A stretch of 64,000 bases of DNA from positions 235,354,001 through 235,418,000 of the forward strand of contig NC_086097.1 of the NCBI RefSeq assembly GCF_963921235.1. The letters are read 5' to 3'. This DNA comes from Mobula hypostoma (lineage: Eukaryota). Position numbers and translations under genes: made by a program. Shown here piece after piece: positions 52,336 through 64,000 of the stretch; position 1 is the first letter of the stretch; the number at the start of each line of letters is the position of its first letter. The notes beneath the pieces are model-generated. The model saw only the letters and a list, made by a program, of their open reading frames with translations. It was not told the origin of the DNA and ran no database searches.

Positions 52336-52464
52336 AATCTGGAATATACAGCATAGGAAAAAGCACTGACAATGTGCTCAAGAAGACAAACTGTGCAAAT
52401 AAATATAAAATACACAAACAAAAAGTCCAAATAAAGAGGCTGAGATAAATCATCACGACCACAA

Positions 52465-52830
52465 TATGCCGTGACATATGACCTGGGCCATCATGGTCTC
52501 ATGGCCATGATTGTTCTTGCCAAATTTTTCTGCAGAAGTGGTTTGCCATTGCCTTCATCTGGGCAGTGTCTTCACAAGACGGGTGACCCCACCAATCATC
52601 AAAACTCTTCGGAGATTGCCTGCCTGGCGTCAGTGATCGCATAACCAGGACTGGTGATGTGCATCAGCTGCTCATACGACCATCCACCACCTGCTCCCAT
52701 GGTTTCACGTGACCCTGATCGGGGAGCTAAGCAGGTGCCACACCTTCCCTAAGAGTGACCGGCAGGCTATCAGAGGGAAGGAGTGCCTTACACCTCCTTT
52801 GGTAGAGATGTATCTTCACACCAGCACCCA
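52465..52830 (-). mobile_element. SINE-like retroposon, copy 3, nested in an L2/Rex fragment (52340-53110)
   Basis: Homology with 10170-10548. Confidence 0.7.
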
Positions 52831-53936
52831 TTGAGATAAAGAAATAGACAAATAACTAAATAAATAAACAGATTGATAGATAAATAGACAGGTAGATAAA
52901 TAAATACTGAGAACATAAGTTGTAGAGTCATTAAAAGTCAGTACATAGTTTGTGGAACCTCTTCAGTGTTGAAGTGAATGAAGTTATCCACGTTGGTTCA
53001 GGAGCATGATAGTTGAAGGTAATATCTGTTCCTGCATCTGGAGGTGTGTGACCTAAGGCTCCTGTACCTACTTGATGATATCAGCAGTGAGAAGAGATGT
53101 TGGCCTGGAAGATAGATAGCCTTGAAGTGTAAGTGGGAGTGTGGGAATCAGAACCTAGCACAATAAATGTAGTTTGGGAACCAAGTCCCCCCGCCTGGAA
53201 CACAGGACCCAGAGTTCCAATGTCTAAGTGAGAGCCAAGGCTCAAATTGTAAAGCATGAAAAACTGAAATGACAGCAATTCAAAAATATTCATCCCTCTT
53301 TGCTCAGCACTTAGTTGAACCACCTCTCGCAGCTTTTTGGATAAGTCATTATTAGCTTTGAACAATGTGATGGAGAACAATTTGGCCATTTCTCCTTGCA
53401 AAATTGCTCAAGCTGTGCCAGATGAGTTGGGGAATGGCAGTGGACAGCAATCCTGAGCTCTTGATGGAGATATTAGATCAGGTTAAGATCAGGACTCTGA
53501 CTTGGCCACTCATGGACATCAATTTTCTTAATTTGAATCTACTCCATGGTCACTCTGGCAAGATGCTTTGGGTAGTTGTCCTGCTGGAAGATAAAATTCC
53601 TCCCCAGTTTAAACTTTCTGGCAGAGGCTGACAGATTTTTATCCAAGATCACTGTCTAGTAGCATTCATCTTCCCTCAATCGGGACTGGATTTGCAGTCC
53701 CTGCAGCTGAAGAGTATCTCCATAGCATGAAGCTACCTCCATCATACTTTAACACTAGTGATGGTTTTATCCGGCTGATGAGCAGTATATGATGTAGGCC
53801 ACACATACTGCTTGGAGTTCAGGACAAAATTTCCTCTTTAGTCTCATTCGATCACAATATGGTCTTATGGTCTAATATCTTCTTCCAGATATTTACAGTA
53901 TCTTCGAAGTGACGCTTTGCAAAGTCTTTACAGGCA

Positions 53937-56900
53937 ACATAGGAACATAAGAAACCTACAGCACAATATAGGCCCTTCGGCCCACAATACTGTGCCGAAC
54001 ATGTACTTACTTTAGAAATTACCCAGGGTTACCCATAGCCCTCTATTTTTCTAAGCTCCGGGTACCTATCCAGGACCCTCTTAAAAGACCCTATTGTATC
54101 CGCCTCCACCAAAATCGCCGGCAGTCCATTCCAAGCACTCACCACTCTCATCATAAAAAACATACCCCTAACGTCCCCACTGTACCTACTTCTAAGTGCC
54201 TTAAAACTGTGTCCTCTCGTGTTAGCCATTTCAGCCCTGGGAAAAAACCACTTACTATCCATATGATCAATGCCTCTCATCATCTTATACACCTCTATCA
54301 GGTCACCTCTCATCCTCCGTCGCTCCAAGGAGAAAAGGCCAAGTTCACTCAACCTATTCTCATAAGCCATGCTACCCAATCCAGGCAACATCCTTGTAAA
54401 TCTCCTCTGCACCCTTTCTATAGTTTCCACATCCTTCCTGTAGTGAGGTGACCAGAAATGAGCACTGTACTCCAAGTGCAATCTGACCAGGGTCCTCTGT
54501 AGCTGTAACATTACCTCTCGGCTCTTGAACTCAATCCCACGGTTGATGAAGGCCAATGCACCATATGCCTTCTTAACCACACAGTCAACCTGAGCAGCAG
54601 CTTTGAGTGTCTTATGGACACAGACCCCAAGATTCCTCTGATCCTCCATTTTGCTAAGAGTCTGACTATTAATACTATATTCTGCTATCTTATTTGACCT
54701 ACCAAAATGAACCACCTCACACTTATCTGGGTTGAAACCCATCTGCCACGTCTCAGCCCAGTTTTGCATCCTATCAGTGTCCCGTTGTAACCTCTGACAG
54801 CCCTCCACACTATCCACAACACCTCCAACCTTTGTGTCATCAGCAAATTTACTAACCCATCCCTCCACTTCATCAGCCAGGTTATTTATAAACATCAAAA
54901 AGAAAAGGGGTCCCAGAACAGATCCCTGAAGCACACCACTGGTCAACAACCTCCATGCAGAATGTGCCCTATCTACAACCACACTTTGCCTTCTGTGGGC
55001 AGCCTAATTCTGGATCCGCAAAGCAAGGTCCAGCTGGATCCCATGCCTCCTTATTTTCTCAATAAGCCTTGCATGGGATACCTTATCAAATGCCTTGCTG
55101 AAATCCACATACACTACATCTACTGCTCTACCTTCATCAATGTGTTTAGTCATATCCTCAAAATATGCAGTTAGGCTAGTAAGGCACAACCTGCCTTTGA
55201 CAAAGCCATGTTAACTATTCCTAATCATAAATGTTCATAAATCCTGCCTCTCAGGATGTTCTCCATCAACTTACGAGCCACTGAAGTAAGACTCACTGGT
55301 CTATTATTTCCTGGGCTATCTCAACTCCTTCTCCTGAATAAGGGAACAACATGTACAACCCTTGAATCCTCCAGAACCACTCCTGTCCCCATTGATGATG
55401 CAAAGATCATTGCCAGATGCTCAGCAATCTGCTCCCTTGCCAATCTGCTCCCTTGCCAATCTGCCTCCTTGCCTTTACAGCAGCCTGGGTTATATCTCGT
55501 TGGGTCTCGGTAACTTATCCAACTTGATACTTTCCAAAAGCTCCAGCATATCCTCTTTCTTAATGTCTATATGCTCAAGCTTTTCAGTCTGCTGTAAGTC
55601 ATCCCTACAATTGCCAAGGTCCTTTTCTGTAGTGAATACTGATTCAAAGTATCCATTAAGTACCTCTGCTATCTCCTCCGGTTCCATACACACTTTTCCA
55701 CTGTCACACTTGATTAGTCCTATTCTTTCATGTCTTATCCTCTTGCTCTTCACATACCTGTAGATTGCCTTGGGGTTTTCCTTAATCCTGCTTGCCAAAG
55801 CATGCTCATGGCCCTTTCTGGCTCTCCGAATTTCATTCTTAAGCTCCTTCCTGCTAGCCTGATAACTTTCAAGATTTCTGTCATTACCTAGTTTATTGAA
55901 CCATTCGTAAAGCTTTTCTTTGCTTCTTGACTAGATTTTCAACAGCCTTTGTACAGCATGGTTCCTGTATCCTGCCTTCCTTTCCCTGTCTCATTGGAAT
56001 GTACCTATGCAGGACACAATGCAAATATTCCCTGAACATTTGCCACTTTTCTGCCGTACATTTCCCTGAGAACATCTGTTCCAATTTATGCTTCCAAGTT
56101 CCTGCCTGATAGCTTCATATTTCCCCTTACTCCAATTAAATGCTTTCCTAACTTGTTTGTTCCTATCCCTCTCCAATGCCATGGTAAAGGAGATAGAATT
56201 GTGATCGCTATCTCCAAAATGCTCTCCCACTGAGAGACCTGACACCTGACCAGGTTCATTCCCAATAGCAGATCAAGTACAGCCTCTCCTGCTGTAGGCT
56301 TAACTACACATTGTGTCAGGAAACCTTCCTGAACACACCTAACAAACTCCAGCCCATCTTAACCCCTTGCTCTATGGATATGCCAATCAATGTTGGGGAA
56401 GTTAAAATCCCCCACCACGACAACCCTGTTATTATTGCACCTTTCCAGAATCTGCCTTCCTATCTGCTCCTCGATGTCCCTGTTACTATTGGGTGGTCTA
56501 TAAAAAACACCCAGTAGAGTTATCGAAACCTTGCTGTTCCTAACTTCCATGCACAGAGACTCAGTAGACAATCCCTCCATGACGTCCTCCTTTCCGCAGC
56601 CATGACACTATCGCTGATCTACAGGGCCGCTACCCCACCTCTTTTGCCTCCCTCCCTGTCCTTTCTGAAACATCTAAAGCCTGGAACTCTAAGTAGCCAT
56701 TCCTGCCCTTGAGCCATCCAAGTCTCTGTAATGGCCACAACATCATAGCTCCAAGTAGTGATCCACGCTCTAAGCTCATCCGCTTTGTTCATAATACTCG
56801 TTGCATTTAATTAGACCATCAGTCTGAGCGAATCCCTTGTCTATCATCCGCCTATCTCCCTTTCACACAGTCTACAAGCTTTCTCTATTTGTGAGCCAAC

Positions 56901-57490
56901 TGTCTCTTCCTCCGTCTCTTCAGTTTGGTTCCCACCCCCCCAGTGATTCTAGTTTAAACTCTCCTCAATAGCCTTAGCAAACCTGCCTGCCAGAATATTG
57001 GTCCCCCTCAGATTCAATTGCAACCTTTCCTTTTTGTGCAGCTCACTCCAGCCCCAAAAGAGGCCCCAGTGATCCAGAAATTTGAATCCCTGCTTCCTGC
57101 TCCAATCCCTCAGCCACGCATTTATCCTCCACCTCACTCTATTCCTACACTCATTGTCATGTGACACAGGCAATAATCCCGAGATTACTACCTTTGAGGT
57201 CCTGCTTCTCAACTTCCTTCCTAACTCCCTGTAGTCTGTTTTCAGGACCTCCTCCCTTTTCCTACCTATGTCATTGGTACCAATATTTATCACGACCTCT
57301 GGCTGTTCACCTTCCCACTTCAGGATGTCATGGACGTGATCAGAAACATCCCGGATCCTGGCTCTTGGGAGGCAAAATACCATCGCGTCTCTTTCCTGCG
57401 TCCACAGAATCACCTGTCTGACCCCCTAACTATAGAGTCCCCTATCACTGCTGCCATCCTCTTCCTTACCCAACCCTTTTGAGCCACAAA
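53937..57490 (-). mobile_element. Near-complete CR1 (ORF1 C-half plus ORF2), frameshifted
   Basis: Esterase ORF 56949..57413; endonuclease motifs YRPPN, GDFN and SDHN; RT ORF 54029..54982 with FADDTK. Confidence 0.95.
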
Positions 57491-58128
57491 AGCAATGATA
57501 TGCTTTTTTAGCTAGGTCTTCTTCCTTGCCACTCTTCCATAAATACCCTTTTTGGGCAAGGCCTTAGATGTTGTGGAGCTATGAACCTCATTTGTTCTTA
57601 CAGCCATTGATTTCTGCAGCTCACTCAGAGTGACTGTTGGCATTTTCAACGTTGGCATCACAATAGCCTTTTTTCCAAGCGCAATTCTTCTCTGGTGACT
57701 AAGTTTAGAAGGATGGTCTGACCTAGGCAGTTTCATGGTTTTTCCACTTTTCCGTGATGGATTGCACTGAACTCCGAACTACGTTCAGTGCCTTTGAGAC
57801 AGTCTTGTACCCTTCCCCAGATTTATGCTTCTCTGTTATCATTTTCCTGACTTGCCTTGAATGCTCTTTTGTCTTCATTTTGGTTTGGTCTGTTGAAAAT
57901 GTACCTTACTATTGAACATTACAGAGAGAGGGGGTATTCATTCAGATGATCCTCCAATTTACTGCATCAACAATTTGAGTGAGTTGGTAAGGTAATATAT
58001 AGTACTGCACCTGAGGAAAGTAAGCACAGTAATTCCTATGGGGATGAATACTGTTCCAGCCATACAATTTTGGTTTTTAATTTTCAGTAAATCACTGACA
58101 GGTTTTTGAATTTTTCTTTTCAATTGAC

Positions 58129-61012
58129 ATAAGACAAAGGAGCAGAAGTCAACCATTCGGCCCATCGAGTCTGCTCCGCCATTTTATCATGAGCTGATCC
58201 ATTCTCCCATTTAGTCCCACTCCCCCGCCTTCTCACCAGAACCTTCGATGCCCTGGCTACTCAGATACACATCAATCTCTGCCTTAAATACACCCAATGA
58301 TTTGGGCTCCACTGCCGCCCGTGGCAACAAATTCCATAGATTCATCACCCTCTGGCTAAAAAAATTTCTTCGCATCTCTGTTCTGAATGGGCACCCTTCA
58401 ATCCTTGAATCATGCCCTCTCATACCAGACTCCCCCATGATGGGAAACAACTTTGCCACATCCACTCTGTCCATGCCTTTCAACATTTGAAATGTTTCTA
58501 TGAGGTCCCCCCTCATTCTTCTAAACTCCAAGGAATACAGTCCAAGAGCAGACAAACATTCCTCATATGTTAACCCTCTCATTCCCGGAATCATTCTAGA
58601 GAATCTTCTCTGTACCCTCTCCAATGTCAGCACATCCTTTCTTAAATAAGGAGCCCATAACTGCCCACAGTACTCCAAGTGAGGTCTCACCAGCGCCTTA
58701 TAGAGCCTCAACATCACATCCCTGCTCCTATACTCTATTCCTCTAGAAATGAATGCCAACATTGCATTCGCCTTCTTCACCACCGACTCAACCTGGAGGT
58801 TAACCTTAAGGGTATCCTGTACGAGGACTCCCAAGTCCCGTTGCATCTCAGAACTTTGGATTCTCTCCTAATTTAAATGATAGTCTGCCCATTTATTTCT
58901 TCTGTCAAAGTGCATAACCATACACTTTCCAACATTGTATTTCATTTGCCACTTCTTTGCCCATTCTTCCAATCTATCCAAGTCTATCTGCAGACTCTCT
59001 GCTTCCTTAGCACTACCAACCCCTCCACCTATCTTTGTATTATCAGCAAATATAGCCACAAAGCCATCAATTCCATAATCCAAATCGTTGATGTACAACG
59101 TAAAAAGAAGCGGCCCCAACACAGACTCCTGTGGAACACCACTGGTAACTGGCAGCCAACCAGAATAGGATCTCTTTATTCCCACTCTCTGTTTCCTGCC
59201 AATCAGCCAATGCCCTATCCATGTATGTAACCTTCCCGTAATTCCATGGGCTCTTATCTTGTTAAGCAGCCTCATGTGTGGCACCTTGTCAAAGGCCTTC
59301 TAAATATCCAAATATACAACATCCACTATCTCCCTTGTCTAGCCTACTGGTAATTTCCTCAAAAAATTGTAATAGGTTTGTCAGGCAGGATTTTCCTTTA
59401 AGGAAACCATGCTGAGTTCTGCTTATCTTGTCATATGCCTCCAGGTACTCTGTAACCTCATCCTTGACAATCGACTCCAACAACTTCCCAACCACTGATG
59501 TCAAGCTAACAGGTCAAAAATTTCCTTTTTGCTTTCTTGCCCTCTTCTTAAATAGCGGAGTGACATGCCAGAATCTATTGACTTTTGAAAGATCATTGCT
59601 AATGCCTCTGCAATCTCCACAGCTACTTCCTCCAGAACACGAGGGTGCATTCCATCTGGTCTGGGAGATTTATCTACCTTTAGACTATTCAGCTTCCTGA
59701 GTACTTTCTCTGTCGTAATTGTGACTACGCACACTTCTCTTTCCTGACACCCTAGAGTGTCCGGTATGCTGCTGCTGTCTTCCTCAGTGAAGACTGATGC
59801 AAAATACTCGTTCAGTTCCTCCGCCATCTCCTTTTCTCCCATTACAATTTCTCCATCATCATTTTCTATTGGTCCTATATCTACTTTCACCTGCCTTTTA
59901 CTCTTCATATACTTGAAAAAGCTTTTAGTATCCTCTTTGATATTATTTGCTAGCTTCCTTTCATAGTTCATCTTTTCCCTCTTAATGACCTTCTTAGTTT
60001 CCTTTTGTAAGCTTTTAAAAACTTCCCAGTCTGTCTTCCCACTAATTTTTGCTTCCTTGTATGCCCTCTCCTTTGCTTTAACTTTGGCTTTGACTTCTGT
60101 TGTCAGCCACGGTTGCATCCTTTTTCCGTTCGAAAATTTCTTCTTTTTTGGAATATATCTGTCTTGCACCTTCCTCACTTCTTGCATAAACTCCAGCCAC
60201 TGCTGCTGTGCCGTCCTTCCCACTAGTGTCCCTTTCCAGTCAAACTTTGGCCAGTTCCTCTCTCATGCCTCTGTAAATTCCTTTACTCCACTGAAATACC
60301 GACACATCAGATTTCAGTTTCTCTTTCAAATTTCACAGTGAACTCAGTCACGTTATGATCACTGCCTCCTGAGGGTTCCTTCACCTCAATCTCTCTAATC
60401 ACCTCTGGTTCATTACACAATACCCAATCCAGTACAGCCGATCCCCTAGTGGGGTCAACAATAAGCTGTTCTAAAAAGCCATCTTGCAGACATTCTACAA
60501 ATTCTCTCTTTTGAGATCCAGTGCCGACCTAATTTTCCCAATCCACTCGCATGTTAAAATCCCCCACAATTATCATAACATTGCCCTTCTGACAAGCCTT
60601 TTCTATTTCCTGTTGTAATTTGTAGTCCACATCCCTGCAGCTGTTTCAAAGCTTGTATATAACTGCTATCAGCATCCTTTTACCCCTGCTATTTCTTAGC
60701 TCAACTCATAAAGATTCTGCACCTTCCGTTCCTATGTCACCTCTTTCTAACAATTTGATATCATTTCTTACCAATAAAGCCACGCCACCCCCTCTGCCTA
60801 CCCTCCTATCCTTCCGATACACCATGTATCCTTGGACATTCAGCTCCCAGAGACATGCATCCTTTAGCCAGGTCTCAGTGATGGCCACAATATCATACCT
60901 GCCAATCTGTAGCTGTACGACAAGATCATCCACTTTATTCCTTATGCTGCGTGCATTTAAGTATAACACCTTAAGACCAGTATTTTGTACTTTTTGCTTT
61001 GATTGCACTGCA
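58129..61012 (-). mobile_element. CR1 with almost all of ORF2, frameshifted
   Basis: YLNARSI and ITETWL endonuclease start; RT motifs; same subfamily as 973-2162. Confidence 0.95.
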
Positions 61013-61073
61013 AACGTGGTGTACAATGTTTTGTATATTATCTCAAAAATCCCACTTCAATATATTGTGGTGC

Positions 61074-61409
61074 TTTGGGGGTGTGGTCGACAACTCGTCC
61101 TTGCATTAATAGCAGCCAGCACTGCTTATTGGTCTTATTTTAAAATGCACGTGTGGAAATATGGTGAGATATTCAGGTTCATTTATTATTACCTTTTAGC
61201 AGGCTATATGGTTGTTCCCTTGCCTGTTTGCGATTCACCCTGACTGTAACCATGGTGTGTAATAATCACCTCCCCTCTCTGTATGTGACTGAGTGGTTTC
61301 TCTCCGTGCCGGTGCTCTGTCTCTTCTAGCACTTGTTGTAATAAAACCGGCAGTTGAGATAAACAAACTCTTCTTATCTGTCATCATGGACCGAATGCTC
61401 GCCACAACA
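61074..61409 (+). mobile_element. Probable small solo LTR
   Basis: tattgtggtg...cgccacaaca imperfect inverted ends; AATAAA near 61340; no clean TSD. Confidence 0.45.
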
Positions 61410-62429
61410 TTTTAAATTTAGAAGATGAAAAGGGTAATATGTGAAAATAGTTGTGTGGCTGGCTGAATACTTTTTCAAAGCACTATATATTGAATCTCAC
61501 TTGGACGTTCAGGATCATAGAAAACTGACCATTTTTCAGATTGTTAGACTAGAAGAGGGCGAAAACAATTTATGTTCTGAACCTTGTTGATACCTATATT
61601 TAGAGGTATGCAGCTCAAGAATTTAGGACAAACCACAATACAGTATATGCTGTGATTGTTGAATCTTTACATAAAAAAATGACAAAGCTGGCAGAATGTA
61701 ATTATTACATTTCCTGAAAACCATAGTATAAAATTAAGAAGTAAAATGAAATTTATCATACAATACAATTAGGAGTGATTCGGTTATTTTAAATTATGTA
61801 ATGATGTCTCTTTTAATTGGACTCCTCCGAGTCTTTAATGCAAATATGAAAGAACTTGAGATAAGTCTTCTTCCCTGGGGAAATACCTACATGTCACTTT
61901 CATCCACCCACAAGTTTGTGGGTGTTCAGTTCCATTATTCATAGATAAGCAAATCAAACCAGCTTCTACATGAGAATATTGAAGCTGGCTTAAAAAACTT
62001 CAAAAGTTAGCATACAGTTGAAAACTCTGGAAAAAATAGGTTAGGGCTTATTCTTATCTGAGTTATTACATAAAACTTGTAGGTTTTTTTTCCCTGAATC
62101 ATGAGTCAACCCACTCATTCTGATGTCACAATTGCTTGCAGGTTAGTCTGCATAAGTTACTGAAGTGCTAGGCAATTGCTCCTGATCTTGTTCATTTGGC
62201 TACATGTGTCCTTTAGCACAAGCATAAATTCAGGATTATGTAGCTAATGCACTGTGTGCCTGGTAGACAACCAAACTGCCTCTCAATTCAGCTGGTCCTT
62301 CATCAGAATTTAGGTATGGTCCTGGGATACCTCAGTAAAAGCCTTTAAGGACTTCAAAGCACCCATAATGACTGAAATCTCAAAACTCAGGAGTAAGTGC
62401 AGTGCCTAGCATTCTATCAGCAGCTAAGA

Positions 62430-63215
62430 AAATACACATGGCTGAATTCTTTTTCCTGCGGGCATACTTAGCAAATCTATAGAACAGTATCTGTAAACAG
62501 AATCAAAGAACACAAACACTGCAAATGCAAATATAACTAAATAGCAATAAATGATGAGAATGAAACAACAAGATAAAGAGTCCTTAAAGTGAGACCATCA
62601 GTGTGGGAACACCAGATGAGTGTTGCTATCTTCTTTTGCCAGAGCCTGATGGTTGAGGGGTAGTAACTGTTCTTAAAACTGGCGGTGCGAGTCGTGAGAC
62701 ACTTGCACCTTCTACCTGATGGCAGCAGTGAGAAGAGAGCATAGCCTGGTTGGTGAGGATCTTTGATGATGGATGCTATGGCAGCGTTTCATACAGATGT
62801 GCTCAAGAGTTGTGAGGGCTTTACCCATGATGTACTGGGCCATATCCACTACCTTTTGTAGGATTTTTCACTCAAACGCATTGACGTTCCCATACCAGGC
62901 CATAAAGCAGGCAGTCAGCACACTTTCCACCACACCTCTTTCAAAGTTTGCCAAGGTTTTTGGTAGCATGACAAATCTCTGCAGATTCCTGAAGAATTAG
63001 AGGTGCTGTTGTGCCTTGTTTACAAGAATATTTATATGATGGGTCCAGGGCAGGTTCTTTGAGATAGTGACAGCCAGGAATTTAAAGTTACTGAGCCTCT
63101 CCACCACAGATCCTCTGATGGTTACCGCTCATGGACCTTTGGTTTCCCTCTCCTGAAGTCTACAATCAGTTCCTTGGTCTTGTTGACATTGAATGAGAAG
63201 TTGTTGTTATTACAG
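62430..63215 (-). mobile_element. Rex/L2-type LINE 3' fragment
   Basis: Reverse-complement relative of 30620-31310. Confidence 0.75.
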
Positions 63216-63294
63216 TACAGATTCTGTGTATGTTTGAAACATGATAAATAGAGACTCAATATGCTGCAACTGTGAGTCTGTTAAGTAAGGAAGA

Positions 63295-63635
63295 TAATAA
63301 ATGGAACCACATAAGAGAGGGGTTTGGGCAGATGGAACCAGTTGGGGAAGGGAATGTAAAGTGAGTGAGGGGGAACTGGGATGGGGGTGGGATAAACAGG
63401 GTCAATCAGAAGGAGAGAGAAAGAAGCAAAGAGTTTATCTGAAAGTGGAAAAATCACTATTCAGCCCATTGTGTTGTAAACTACCCAGGTGGAATATGAT
63501 GTTCTGTTCATCTAGAAATTTGGCCTCACAATAGAGAAGGGTGAGAATGGACAGGTCAGTATGGGAATGGAAAGTGTGGGGTGGGGGGTGTTGAAATGGC
63601 ATTCAAATGGCAGCCAAAAGAAGCTATTGTGGACA
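63295..63635 (-). mobile_element. Old Penelope 3' fragment
   Basis: Degenerate match to 40690-40880. Confidence 0.6.
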
Positions 63636-64000
63636 GTCCCTGTGACAGCAATGTGTCCTCAGGGGTCACCATTTAATTTGAAGACCTACCTGGCCAGCTG
63701 CGGAAGGAGAAAGTCTCTCTTTCGCTTGACCAGGTTGAGAGCTACAGTAGAAACTCAAGTACCCATTCTCATGTGCACACTGTCCTAGCATCCAAGAGGT
63801 TCTATGTTCTTCTGGCAATACATTTACTGTGCATTAATTAGTAACAGAGCATGGGTCTTACTCAAGGGAACAAAGTACAAACATTGGCAGGTTATCACAA
63901 TTGACTGAGTGGTGATTAATTAGAAAATGATGCTGAAAATAAGGAATTATGTATTTTGTTAGAAATTACCCTGTGCTTAAATTTTCCCAGAAGTTTTGAA

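Larger units (their letters stand above)
53250..61486 (-). mobile_element. Tc1 transposon split by two CR1s and an LTR-like piece (parts 53250-53936, 57490-58128, 61012-61075, 61410-61486)
   Basis: PTVTLSELQ...GIYGRVARKK transposase (57512..57736); further transposase remnants near 53450-53900; TIR-like end gaatactttttcaaagcacta near 61485. Confidence 0.75.
61490..64000 (+). pseudogene. Candidate endogenous viral L gene, N-terminal part to motif A (segments 61490-62430, ~63220-63295, 63790-64000)
   Basis: FY.ENIEAGLKNFKS*HT (61964-62016), SYYIKLVGF (62061), KLLKC*AIAP (62154), MVLGYLSK (62316), AATVSLLSKE (~63263), QSMGLT...CILLEITLCLNF (63845-63985). Confidence 0.55.

Noticed and set aside
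60653..61243. 196-aa plus-strand ORF
   Set aside because: Antisense to the CR1 endonuclease and running into Tc1 and LTR-like sequence, so it is a composite shadow ORF.
1..64000. CRISPR arrays, rRNA genes or prokaryotic operons
   Set aside because: None seen; the short tandem units are LINE tails and microsatellites in eukaryotic DNA.

Overview
Repeat-dominated vertebrate DNA with no host exon I can support. The repeat mix (many CR1 LINEs, Penelope-like GIY-YIG elements, Rex/L2-type tails, HE1/V-SINE-like pieces) suggests a cartilaginous fish; this is inference. Most ORFs in the track are TE fragments or their antisense shadows. The main finding lies in the AT-rich unique DNA between the TEs from ~36.2 kb to 64 kb. 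Manual translation gives decayed peptides with motifs in the order and approximate spacing of a negative-strand RNA virus (Haploviricotina, mononega/ophio-like) L polymerase. The C-terminal part (capping HR motif, K-D-K-E methyltransferase) is on the minus strand at ~49.7->36.2 kb. The N-terminal part up to motif A is on the plus strand at ~61.5-64 kb. This points to a candidate ancient endogenous viral element, fragmented by over a dozen later insertions and probably inverted. The motif assignments rest on recalled alignments and need a profile search. The window also holds minimal hammerhead ribozymes in Penelope pseudo-LTRs, an HDV-like ribozyme at the 5' end of a retroposon, a templated insertion, a hAT/Tc1 chimeric foldback element and a solo LTR. 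Most TE boundaries are approximate unless a TSD or TIR is quoted.
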